A DNA stretch of 64,000 nt from Podarcis vaucheri (lineage: Eukaryota): assembly GCA_965113315.1 (NCBI GenBank), contig OZ220365.1. One strand, 5' to 3'. The notes beneath the pieces were generated by a model. That model did no database searches, was not told the DNA's origin, and saw only the letters and a program-made list of their open reading frames with translations. The translations under genes were made by a program, and so were the position numbers. Every line of letters begins with the position of its first letter. Within the stretch, counting starts at the first letter, position 1. Of the stretch, positions 52,403-64,000 are shown one piece after another.

Positions 52403-53059
52403 TGTAATAGGTATGAGTTACTCGTGCGTAAACTGGTGCCTTTCTCGGTTAATTTTGCCGTGTTAAACCTTTCTGACTGCACAGCCCCTCTCATCGTGGC
52501 TGCCTCAGTCACTGGCAGAATCCGTCAGTGGGCGTTTCTTGAATCTCTTCCAGCATAAAAGTTGTTTGACACCCGGTCTCCTCCTCCTCTCACTGTGCGG
52601 GAGTCTTCATGGGTTTCTCCAGATTTACGTGCAGGAGTTGCTCTTCCAATGCGAACGCCTTCTTCAGTTTTTCAAAGGATTGTTGAGCCTCTTCTGTCCA
52701 CACAAACTTCTTTTTGCTACTGAGACAATCCGTGATGGGCACTGTCAAGTGGGCGTTTCTTGAACCTCTTCCAACATAAAAGTTGTTTGACACCCGGTCT
52801 CCTCCTCCTCTCACTGCGCGGGAGTCTTCTGCGCAGGGAAGGCGTGGGTAGCGGAGGACCTGGGCTCTCCTCACTGATGTCCAGTGAAGAGTCCTGGAGC
52901 CCTCTCTCCAGTTCCCCCATCTGCCCCCCTTTATCCCTGGTGTTGCACTGATTGGCTTCCCCCTCTACTGAGCTGTTTCTCCCCCTGCTGCTGGGTCCTT
53001 CGCCAGCATCATCTGGGAGCCTCCCCTTCGCCTCTCCCTCCGATGTCAGTTCCCTGACA
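52403..53059 (-). mobile_element. Gypsy-type solo LTR containing a captured pol fragment
   Basis: TG...CA ends, 5-bp TSD attag at 52398-52402 and 53060-53064; 52609-52747 encodes AHLTVPITDCLSSKKKFVWTEEAQQSFEKLKKAF (Gypsy RT-RNase H connection). Confidence 0.85.
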
Positions 53060-53138
53060 ATTAGTTTTCAGGTTCCAAAGGTAGGTTTGTATGGGTTGGA
53101 GAGCAATGCCTGACCAACTGGGAGAATGATCCAAATAA

Positions 53139-53236
53139 AGGCCCTTTACCTAATCACAGAGGTATGGGGGAAAGATATTTTTAAGAGGCCCTGTACCTAA
53201 TCACAGAAGTATGGGGGAAAGATATTTTTAAGAGGT
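53139..53236. repeat. ~47-bp tandem duplication
   Basis: aggccct(t/g)tacctaatcacaga(g/a)gtatgggggaaagatatttttaag occurs twice. Confidence 0.85.
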
Positions 53237-54401
53237 GTTAATTTAAAGATAAAAGCCTTGTGCTTTGTGTACCGTGAATGAAGAGGCTGCTTGAGTGATA
53301 TGTGTCATATCTCATATTCCCAAGTTAAGAACATAAGAATAGCTTACTTGAGCCACCCAATTGCCCATCTAGGCCAGCATTCTGTTCTCACAGTGGCCAA
53401 GCAGATGCCTTTGGGAAACCCTCTTCTCCTCCATGAATTTGTCATTGAATTGTGCTGTTAAGATCATGAGATAGATCGCAGATCCTCTAGCTCTGTGGGT
53501 TTGGTTTTTCCAGAAAGTTAAATGCATATCCTCCCCCCCCCCCACTCCTCATCCCTTTTCTTTTCTGAGAAACAAAGTGGGAAAATGCACAGAGTTTAAG
53601 TGAGGGAGTGTAGAGAAGATGTAAAAGGAAATGAACATTTAGTTTTGACAGAAAGGTCTATCCTTCAATCTACCTGTTGGGGGTTTCTTTAGGCCACTCC
53701 AATCGCAGTGATTTGGGGGAGGGATGCTGAACTAAATATACACAATCTTCACAATGTACTGCATATTATACTAGACTTAAGTTGTAGCTGGGTGGATTCA
53801 GGAATTTTATGTGCTATTCTGCTCTTGTTTAAAATAGACAATAAAGTTCTTGTCTAGCCGCTTGATGAGTGTGTGCTCCCAGCCTCCCATTGAACAGCTT
53901 TTATGTGGTTTTCTGACAGATTGCCTGCTGGAGAAACAAACCATTCAGAAACGGCAGTGGGAAACTATCTTTCTCCTTCTACAAACAGCCAAACAGAAAT
54001 AATATACAGAAGAAACTCCCGAGCTGGCGGGCGTCATTGCAGGGAAGAGAGACATCTATATCGTCATGCTTCTTATCTACTTGTCTCTCCCAAAATGAAG
54101 AGTTTGACGCAAATAAATAGGATTCAACGTTACGGGAGAGGGGGACCTGCTTCAGTCTGAGGGGCACATTGGCTTGTAAGGAACCTTCCAGGAACCACAT
54201 GCCTGTGGTGGCTTGGGGCAGAGGCAAAGGTGGTTGGAGCAAGATCAGAGGTTTCTGTATGGACACACCTCTCCAGGCAAACAAGTCAAGGGGTGTGTGG
54301 TCTGGAGAGAGGCAGTGCCTTAGAAGAGTATTACGGGCAAGAAAGAGAACTGGGGAAGGCTGCATTTCAGGGCTGGGTCTGAGGTCTGTCCTAGTGTAAT
54401 A

Positions 54402-55043
54402 TACAAGGTGTGACCAGAAAGTTCGGTGAATGGTCACAGAAATCGGACAGTGAGAAATATCTGAACATACAATCGGCATCGGAAACCCATGAAATGCTCA
54501 CAATTGTGTATGGAGATGAAGCTGCAACTTGAAAGACAGTGTATGAGTGGTTTAAGCGTTTCCGTGAAGAGTGGAAAACCATCGAAGATGACCCTCAGTC
54601 TGGCAGACCGTCGATGAGAATGGTGGCAAATGTCAACAGAATTTGTGAGGTATTGATGCGGGATCGGCGTTTGTCCATCCAAATGATGGCGGAAGAATGG
54701 CATATTCCATGTGAAATCATTACTAAGGTTACTGAGTTGTCCCACCCTCCATATTCTCCCGATCTGGCCACGCCAAATTTCTTTCTTTTTCCAAAACTGA
54801 AATTTGCACTGAATGGGCACAGGTTTTCCAACATTTCACATGTCCAAGCTGCTGTGATGAGGAAATTGAAAGCAGTACAAAAAGAGGACTTCTCCAGAAG
54901 TTTCCAACGTTCTACGAAGATTGTCAATGGTGCATTGTATCAGAGGGGGCCTACTTTGAAGACCTGTAAGGTATGTATGTTTGAATATTTCTCGCTGTCC
55001 GATTTCTGTGACCATTCGCCTTACTTTCCGGTCACACCTTGTA
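54402..55043 (+). mobile_element. Internally deleted mariner transposon
   Basis: ~70-bp TIRs, TA TSD; transposase remnants WFKRFRE...DDPQSGRP (HTH) and HPPYSPDLA.P.FFLFPKLK. Confidence 0.92.
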
Positions 55044-56849
55044 TAACATACTATTTCCCTTTTTGAGATCAAAGAAAGGTCCAAGAAGCTATCAGACAAA
55101 ATGGGACAGAAGGAATTTTGGGGCTGTGGAAAGGATATCCTCTTACAAATGTCTCTACTCTCTTTCTCTTCTCCCAAATTTGCTTTTGATATTTCATTTG
55201 GAGTATTTTCTTAATTCATTGCGTGAACAGGACCTGGGAGATGAACAGAGCATAATTAACCACTTGGGCTAAAGGGGAATGCAATGGCAGCAAAGAGACT
55301 GAATAATGTTGAGGAAAGCAGTTCAGAATATGTTTACTGTCCCATTTGTTCCAGAGACTTTGGTGTTTTGTGCGTGTGCGTTCTTTCCACTACATCTGAA
55401 TAAGCAAAACACTGCACCAAATTGCTTGTCTCTGTGGTGATGGCACTGTTAAACATTCTCCCTACACACTCAGTGGACAGAACATACTCATTTAGAACAC
55501 AATGCAGAAAACTTACAAAGTCAGGAGGCTCCACAAAGTTAATGAGAAAAGGCAACTTCTGAGAATTGCATTTGAGTATTCTGCATTTGCAAAATCTAAT
55601 GATATTGGGCAGTTGGGTACCGTTTGTTACTAAGATCATTTCCATTACAATGCAGCAACAGTGTGTACATATCCAAAAAGTCATTTATGCAATACCATGG
55701 GAGGGGGGACACTCTATTTGTTACTGTGATTGCTTCCATCACTGTTTCCAGCCAAATCCGTTGGGAACCGTATAATAATCCCCTACATGTGTGAATAACT
55801 GCAATGTTGTGTCTGAACAATTCCTTCTTCTTGAACTACTTCACTAGCATGGACTATAGAAGCACTGTCAGAAAGCTGGGAAGGTAATAGACTGTATTTG
55901 GGGACCATGAGGACATCAGAATGCTCCCTGCATTGCCACATTCCTCTAGGGACAGCAGTAAGAAATAGCTTTCCTCCATGCGGTGTTAAGGATCCTTGTG
56001 GCATTGGCAGCCAAGATAAAAGGCTATCCATCTGCCCTCTCCTGCAAAACATTTGAACATTCAAAGCTCGAAATGGCAAATTTGTCCATGCAGCAGATAT
56101 TTTAAATCAACACCTTCAGTGAGAAATTATCGATAATGGTATTATAATAACCATATGTGGAGATAGCTGTAACCATACTTCATATCCATTGATTCCCTCC
56201 GACATTGTGGAAAGGAGGAGAACCTCATTGTCCCTCTTTGATTGGATATAACTGAGCTGGTGTTTCTGTGCATTCCTGAAAAGCTTCCAATCAAAATGCT
56301 GTTATGTGAACAGTAAACTCAGTGTTCTGAGTAGCCTGTTATTCTGAGAAATGTCACCCAAATGTTTTTGGACATTTAATTGCTCACATGTTTTCCTTCT
56401 CTTCTTGATATAGAACTTATGTATCTCTGGACGGCAGTTATGCCATGCTTATGGCACCCTTTGGGAGATTAAGGAGCTACGTTTTGATGGCAAAAACATC
56501 CGGAATATGGAAACCTCTTTGGATAAGACACTCAAAAGCCCATATTCTCTCTCTGTCTCTCCATTCATCAGAATCAGGAGGGACTGTGAAAGAACTGGAC
56601 AGAGGTCTAGAAGTGGTGATGGATTAGATGGGAACCAAAACAATGAGAAGTGCTGTGGGGAGGTGGTTCTCATGTGTGGGCATGAGGTGCATGATCTGTT
56701 CTGGCCGGGGTTGCCCTCCCTCTGAATGGAAAGGTTTGTAATCTAGGATTACTCTTGAATTCAAACCTGCCACCAGAGTCTCAAGTTGCTTTTGTGGCTA
56801 AGGAGTGCTTATGACCAGCTTAGGCTGATTCACCAGATACCACCATTCC

Positions 56850-57300
56850 TCAGTTGTCCATGCTCTGGTGCCCTCCTGTCTGCACTACTGTAATGCACTG
56901 TATGTGGAGCTGCCCTTGATGACTGCAGCTAGTGCAGAATGCTAGGCTGGTAAGTGGGGCAGCCCGACGGGACCACATGTCACCAATCCTGAAAGCACTG
57001 GGCCCGATTCAAGCTGTTAGTGATAGCATATAAGACCCTAAATGGTTTGAGACCCAAGTACCTGATAAATGAGCATGTTTCCCAATATCAGCCATCTCTG
57101 ACCCTATCATTGGCAGGTGATGCCTTGGGGGTGCTGCCATTGCCCCCAGATTGGCTTTGGCCCACAGCAGCCTTTTCAGTGGCAGTTCCCTATTTGTGAG
57201 ATGGTGAGGTGCACCTGTCTCCCTCATTATTGACTTCCATGAATCTAAAAACATTCCTGTTCACCCAACCATTTGATGGCTGTTTAAGATAATGTTTTTA
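56850..57300 (+). mobile_element. Old L2-like LINE fragment
   Basis: Degenerate YCNAL..., LQLVQNA and H.SP.LK.L motifs. Confidence 0.55.
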
Positions 57301-57314
57301 ACTGATATACTGTA

Positions 57315-57553
57315 CAGTGGTACCTCAGTTTTCAAACGTAATCCATTCCGGAAGGCCATTCAAGTTCTGAAACGTTTGAAAACCGAAAACTCAGTATGGA
57401 AGCCTCAAAACAGAAATCTCAATACAGAAAACGCAATATGGAAGCCACATTTCCTGTTCAACTTCTGAGGCGAGTTCGAAAACCGAAGTGTTTACGGCGT
57501 TCGAAAATCGATACGTTCGTCAACGGAGACGTTCAGAAACCGAGGTACCACTA
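57315..57553. mobile_element. Tc1/mariner-pogo-type MITE
   Basis: TA-CAGTGGTACCTC ... GAGGTACCACT; related to 16417-16651. Confidence 0.8.
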
Positions 57554-58808
57554 TATATATATTAAAAACATCGTACACAAACCTAACAATAATATTTCAT
57601 TATATACATAAAACAAAATAGTATTGTTAGGTTTGTGCCCCTGGGTTCCTTTGGGAGGAAGGGATAGATAGATGATGGTGACAATGATTTTGAAAGTATG
57701 GCTGCCTCATGGGCCACAATCTTCAGTGCTCAGTTCCGATTTCCCTTAATGCCTTGGGACGTAGAAGCGCAGAAACAGGCACCGAAACAAGTGGGATGGG
57801 AGGGTATGCACATGCATACACATGCCACAGATAACCCAGAAAGAATCTATGTTGTCTGTTATTTCCTTCCACTGCATTAGATGTAGTATCCCTGTCAGCC
57901 CTGAGTGAAATATATCTGTTCTGAAGTCAGTGGCTATAAAGATGCTTACAGATATACTGCAGCTGAAGTCTAGCTAGGTAGGGAAATGGCACCTTCTCCC
58001 CCCCCCAAAAAAAAACCAAATGAAAATAAAGGACTCCCCAACTGCCAGGCAAACGTGATTCAGCCTTGAACTCCTATGATACCTGCTGAGGTGTCTATGG
58101 CTGCCTAAAAGTTCCTGACATGAATTTCCACGGCTGACACCAGTGGAATGCCAACAGCGCTCTGTTTCCTGTAGGTTTGTGCTTCCCCCATATGCAGCTT
58201 TCCCCATCAATAAATAAGACAGCAACTGACATTCCCTGCATCGCCACAGTAGTTCTTCACATTTATGAAGTCTTCATTTCACCCCAGCATAATAAGCTTC
58301 CTGAATACATATCCATGATAGAGATACCTTAACAACCTTGTCATTTCAATTTTTCACACATTTCCTTTGTGTGTGTCCTCTATCTCAGTGAAGTTTCAAC
58401 TCATTAGGCAACTGCCATAAGCTATTAGTCTGTAACATTGTTCAATATATATATGTATTCATCACAAAAAAGGAGTGGGGGAGAGAGCTTTCAATCACTT
58501 CCTGTTTCTTTGGCATTACACATCATTAACAAAAAAAATGCAGTGGAAATGCAACTCTCGTCCTTCGCTAAAGGAGTCCTTTTAAGAACCACAGTCATAT
58601 CACCCGTTGCCATGAAAAGCACTGTGCCCATTTCCTCCCTTCCAAACAGATTAGGGGGGAGGGGGAATGAAAGGGAGAGTCAGCATTAAAAATGTAAGAT
58701 CTTTATTTATTTGCATAACATAGCCACTAAGAATGTATGCACCAACTTTTAATACAGTTGTTGCTCCTAAGACTAAACAGATAAACATGGATTTCTCTGA
58801 GTCTGTTG

Positions 58809-58921
58809 GAAAGCTGTCTGTGGACAAACGCCGGCTTCCTCGGCCCAAAGCAAAATGAGCGCCGTACCCCATAGTCACCTTTGACTGGACTTAACCATCC
58901 AGGAGTCCTTTACCTTTACCT
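58809..58921 (+). mobile_element. Sauria SINE 3' fragment
   Basis: 3' body and ACCTTT tail. Confidence 0.75.
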
Positions 58922-59572
58922 CTTTTTTGTGCTTTAAGGTGACAGTAAGATTCCGCTTAACCATGCTAAGCTGTCTGGACCCTCTTTCTGCTTGCTATGA
59001 AAGTACTTGTTCCTCCTGGGTTACTTGAGAGGACCAGTTCTCTGTGATTCCTATGAGCTTGGGAACAGCTGCCTCACAAATCCTGAAATGTATGTCTAGT
59101 GCTGTTCCCTAATACCACTGTGGGGATGGGCAAATAACAAAAATTTCTGTTTCTTATTTTTTTCAACATTAAATTCAGTCCTCCACATTTCTGCAGCATG
59201 AAAATTTGTCAGCATCTTAGTGCAAAATTCTCATAGCTGATACATTTTGTATGCAATTTTGCTCCAAATATACATTTTTGCAAAGCAAACATTTTCACTA
59301 ATATGTGCATCTCTCTCCCCCCCCCCCCAAGTATTCGTGGTTTGGTTGGAGTACTTCATTGCTGAATTTGGAAGAAGTATGGATTTTGAAGGTTAGCTGT
59401 TTTTATTTGCATATCGTTTTGAGAAGTGCAACTTAGGTTGTTCCTCGTCAAAATGAAAACAAAATGAATTTTGTCCCCCATTCTTATAAAAATGGTAGAC
59501 ACTGAAATGAAATGACAGAGGTGGCATCATGTTTTGGGAGCCAATTCCAGGTATACAAAGCTGCAAATATCC

Positions 59573-60854
59573 TTGCGTGTGAGGACCCCCAAACCCCCTC
59601 CAAAATAAACCACACAGGACACAGAATATTTGTTTAAGATTTTTGGCATTAATTTGGCCACAACTTTTATTGATTACAGCATGTGAGTGGTTGCTTAGGC
59701 ATTGGTTCGGACTACCTGAACCTGCACCAGCAGGAACAGGACTGACAACTGGAACCTCCAGAGGTCAGTAAGGGAAAACATACTGGAGGAGCACAGAGGC
59801 AGATTTCCGCCTCTTAATTCACCCCCAGATGCTCCCAGGAACTCTGGCTTGGCCCTACCCCTGAGAGGGGATCGGACAGAGCAAATCGAGCCCCTGGATT
59901 CCTTTAACAGAATTCCCTAGCAGCAGCAACAAAAATGAGGGGCAGGCACAGCCAATCCATAATCCCCTCCACCAAAGAATGAACCAATGCCTAACCACTA
60001 ACCTTACAAAGTTGTGACAATTTGCTACACAGTAGGCAAAAACCAATAAAGAAGGACCATAAAGAAGGCTGATCATCGAAGAATTGATGCTTTTGAATTA
60101 TGGTGCTAGAGGAGACTCTTGAGAGTCCCATGGACTGCAAGAAGATCAAACCTCTCCATTCTGAAGGAAATCAGCCCTGAGTGCTCACTGGAAGGACAGA
60201 ACCTGAAGCTGAGGCTCCAGTACTTTGGCCACCTCATGAGAAGAGAAGACTCCCTGGAAAAGACCCTGAAGTTGGGAAAGATTGAGGGCACAAGGAGAAG
60301 GGGACAATAGAGGACGAGATGGTTGGACAGTGTTCTCGAAGCTACCAGCATGAGTTTGACCAAACTGCGGGAGGCAGTGGAAGACAGGAGTGCCTGGCGT
60401 GCTCTGGTCCATGGGGTCACAAAGAGTTGGACATGACTAAACGACTAAACAACAACAGGCAAAAACCAAATGGCACCAGCCAATCAGCCAAGTGGCAAAA
60501 TTCCTAACGGGCCCCTGCTCCAAAAACAGACAACCCCTAGACAGGCATAGCAAGGTCAAAAACACAACCTTAAATTATAGGGAGGGAGGGAGGGAGGGAG
60601 GGAGGGAGGGAGGGAGGGAGGGAGGGAGGGAGATCTGCTGCATGATGCAAAAGAGAAAGTACTTCATCTTGTGCAGCCCCTTAAATAGCCCCTTAGTTGC
60701 CAATCAAACCCCAACTGACAGGAAATTTACCCCAGCAACAAAGGGGCAACCAATGAGGTGCAGAGGTCATCCAAATAGGCCCGCCCCAGCAACAAGAAGG
60801 CAGTTTGGTGATCTCACCGCAACAGTGGCTCTCCATGATTTGGAGGACACGATT
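59573..60854 (-). mobile_element. ORF-less relative of the Ngaro-like element (non-autonomous derivative or solo repeat unit), interrupted by Bov-B
   Basis: Shares both termini, the polyA region, the 26-nt stem arm tgtgagtggttgcttaggcattggtt and a 29/30-nt core (59889-59918 vs 2286-2315) with the 1961-8711 element. Confidence 0.85.
60047..60456 (+). mobile_element. Bov-B (RTE) LINE, 5'-truncated 3' end
   Basis: RVPWTARRSNLSILKEISPECSLEG...QYFGHLMRR, (CAA)n tail, 13-bp TSD aggcaaaaaccaa at 60034-60046 and 60457-60469. Confidence 0.92.
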
Positions 60855-61378
60855 TAGCAAGGAGGCACCAGAGATTGTTAAGAGTGTTCAGGGTGGAGCC
60901 CCATTCTTTTAAGACTCCAGTTCAGAGGGAACTAGCTGGACTTGGCAGCAGCTGATAACTTTAAGGTCATTTAAAAGCATACATACGTATTTTACATCAC
61001 ATTATGTGAATTGCTTAGAGTGTTGTTGTTGTTTTATTAAACAGCATATAAATATTGTTAATTAAATAAACAAAAATGCATTATATGAAGGAAAATTGTT
61101 CTGCAAAAATGTGTGTATTTTCAAAATTGCATACAAAAATGTGTATATTAGGAGAAATTGCACTAAAACCATGAATTTTCATGAGGACTTTTTTAAAAAA
61201 AAATAATCACAGGCTAATGTGGGAATGTGGAGAATTGAACCTACGAATGGAAAAATTGGAAATTGAAATTAACAGATTCACCCATTCCTATTCATAATAA
61301 TTGTTTCCTGAGATGCGGGAGGTTAGAATACCTATCCATTGCAACTCCCTTCCAAGTTTGTGATTCTGTGCAAATGTA

Positions 61379-62084
61379 CCGTATTTTTCGCCTTATAGGA
61401 CGCACCGGCCCATAGGACGCACCTAGATTGGGGGGGGGGAATAAAGGGGGGGAATTATTCCCCCCCCAGGCGCGGGGCTGGGGAAGCTCGGGCGTTGGCA
61501 GCTTTGGCATCGCTCTGGGAGCTTGCGGGGCTGGAGGAGGGGAAAGTGGAGCTTCCCCCTCCCCCAGCCCCCAGAACGGGACCCAGAGCCATGTGGAAGC
61601 TGCGTGCAGCTTTGGCATCGCTCTGGGAGCTTGCGGGGCTGGAGGAGGGGAAAGCCCTCCGCCAGCCTTCTCCCGCTGTCCCCCGAGTTTGCGGGGCTGG
61701 CGACGGGGAGGAGCAGGCTTCTCCCCCCGCCAGCCTTCTAGTCAAGTCGGGGGACAGTGCAAAAGGCGCGCTACGCCTCTCCCGCTGTCCCCCGAGTTTG
61801 CGGGGCTGGCGACGGGGAGGAGCAGGCTTCTCCCCCCGCCAGCCTTCTAGCCATGTCGGGGGACAGCGGGAAAGGCGAGCTGCGCCTCTCCCGCTGTCCC
61901 CCAAGTTTGCGGGGCTGGCGACGGGGCTCTCCTGAAGCCTGGAGAGCAAGAGGGGTCGGTGCACACCGACCCCTCTCGCTCTCCAGGCTTCAGCGAAAGC
62001 CTGCATTCACCCCATAGGACGCACACACATTTCCCCTTCATTTTTGGAGGGGGAAAAGTGCATCCTATAGGGCGAAAAATACGG
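61379..62084. mobile_element. Tc2/pogo-like MITE with GC-rich internal tandem repeats
   Basis: TA-CCGTATTTTTCGCC(T/C)TATAGGA(C/T)GCAC TIRs at both ends; internal ~110-bp repeated units. Confidence 0.88.
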
Positions 62085-62523
62085 TAATTCAGTAACCACA
62101 TCTGTTAAATGGATTTTTAAGACACGTGCACACACTGTAGGTCTTATATGATGCCAACTTGCAAGAGATTTAAGAGCCATTCCCCAAAGACTAAGGCAGA
62201 GAGTTAAATTCTCTATGCTGTTTCAAGTGTATGTACCTCTGCTCAGAACACTTCCCACTTAGAAGGAGTGTAAATAACATGACAAGATTTGTCAAAGGAA
62301 GATTAGCTCTACACATATTACCTTGTGATTTTGTATGTGCCAGGAGTCATAGCCACCGTAAATAGATATTTTAAAAATAATAATAAAACGATATTAAAAG
62401 TAAAACTCAATGCAATGGGAAATTTTACAGTGCTAGCCAATATTCCCTGTTTAGGGAAGTTTTTAATTACTGATGTTTTAATGTATTTTTAATCTTTTGT
62501 TGGAAACTCAGCCAGATGGGTGG

Positions 62524-62569
<46 letters not shown>

Positions 62570-63832
62570 TCTATTTGTCATCTATATTTGGTCATATTAT
62601 TCAGCAAATGTAGGAAAAATATAACTTTAAAGATACAATTCATGCTGTAAGTAACTGCTGTTCTGCAGATCCCGCTTGTTTCTGGAAAATGACATATACA
62701 TTGACAATTAAAGCCTGTCTACACACAACAACAAATTAGTTCTGGAAACCTGTCACTTTGGGATTAAACTTAAGCATACTTTGAACATGGAGATTCATGA
62801 GAGAGATTTGTACTTCCTTGGTTTTTGTCAGCACACGAGTTTCAAATCCTGCCTGGCAGTTGTTTGAAGATGATTAATGGATGCATATTAATGAATATTA
62901 ATTAGTTAGCTTAACAAATTTGAGCGTGTGCAACTGGCGTCGACTGCAATACGTGATAGCCTTTTATGGAAACGAATGAGTGGGTCTTCTGCTCTGCTGC
63001 TTGCCATATCCTTAGTATGGTTCTAAACAAACAACTATTGAAAAGGACAATATGGCTGACAGAGGAAACACATTTTCGTCAACCGTTTTTAGGCACCCGT
63101 CTTCTGCACACTCTGGAGATGCAGCCCCTAAACACTAATTATTATTTGAAGTGAAGGCCCAAGACAGGTGTTGATCATCATGTGAGCTGCGCACAGGTGG
63201 TCTGAGGTGAGCTGCTGCCATTCCTGTGGAGCCTCCTTTCATTGAGACAAATATGCAAGCCAGGCGGATACATTTTGGGCTGTGACCTTTACACATCTTC
63301 CGTCCCAAGATCGTGGGGTGGTACAAAGTTATTTTGGCACCTGTTCCACAGCGTCATATTCCCCTTGCACAGTGTATGATGAAAGAGACAAAAGGTCTCA
63401 GGGACGAAAGGTTACAGACAGGACACCGCTGACTGCTGAGGCCGCAAAAGGTCAGACATAGGGAACGATGTTCCAGACAGCTATGATTTGTCAGGGGGGG
63501 GGGTTCCCTGCACCCCAAGGTCATGCATGCAGGCAGATTGTGGCTGCCTGCTGGTGGGGAGTGTGCTCCCTCCAGACCCCACTCCCCGCTCCGCGATATC
63601 CCTACAATTATGATTACGTTTTGATTTCCTCCCACCCTCCACCACAAGGTCCCAGTGCAGGTTACACCAATTTCTCTTCCCACAGAACTTGGGGAATTGT
63701 AGCTGTGTGAAGAGCATAGCGGTCTCCTAACGGTTCTCAGGACGCTTAAGAAGCAACATGTCCCAGGATTCTTGGACTGTTTAAAGTGGCATGATGTTGC
63801 ATAAATGTGTAGCACAGATGGGGGCATAGTAT

Positions 63833-64000
63833 ACAGTGGTACCTTGGTTCTCAAACGCCTTGGTACTCAAACAACTTGGAACCCAAACACTGCAAACCGG
63901 GAAGTAAGTATTCCGGTTTGTGAACTTTTTTCAGAAGCCAAATGTGCTCCGTTTTGAGTGTTATGCTTCTGATTTGAGTGCCACATTTCCGTTTTGAGTG
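63833..64000. mobile_element. MITE (CAGTGGTACC family) cut by the window edge
   Basis: TA-CAGTGGTACCTTGGTTCTCAAACG start. Confidence 0.7.

Noticed and set aside
61428-62017. ORFs of 140-183 aa
   Set aside because: Produced by GC-rich tandem repeats inside a MITE.

Overview
Repeat-rich squamate (probably lacertid lizard) genomic DNA: Sauria SINEs, Squam3-like SINEs, Bov-B, CR1, L2-like and L1 LINE fragments, many MITEs, two well-bounded solo LTRs and two assembly gaps. No host protein-coding gene could be identified with confidence. The main feature is an apparently intact 6.75-kb tyrosine-recombinase retrotransposon (DIRS order, Ngaro-like) on the minus strand at 1961-8711, encoding Gag-like, RT/RNase H, tyrosine recombinase and SGNH hydrolase ORFs. 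Reading it by eye suggests three things. (i) One phase-1 splice donor inside gag is in frame with phase-1 acceptors in front of RT, YR and SGNH. (ii) A ~340-nt multi-helix RNA structure lies between the SGNH stop codon and the polyA signal. (iii) The termini are short fold-back sequences that predict a circle junction ACACG-CAAT-CGTGT. A diverged, ORF-less relative at 59573-60854 keeps the same termini, promoter spacing and 3' RNA fold, with base changes that preserve pairing. Family names come from motif recognition, not database searches.
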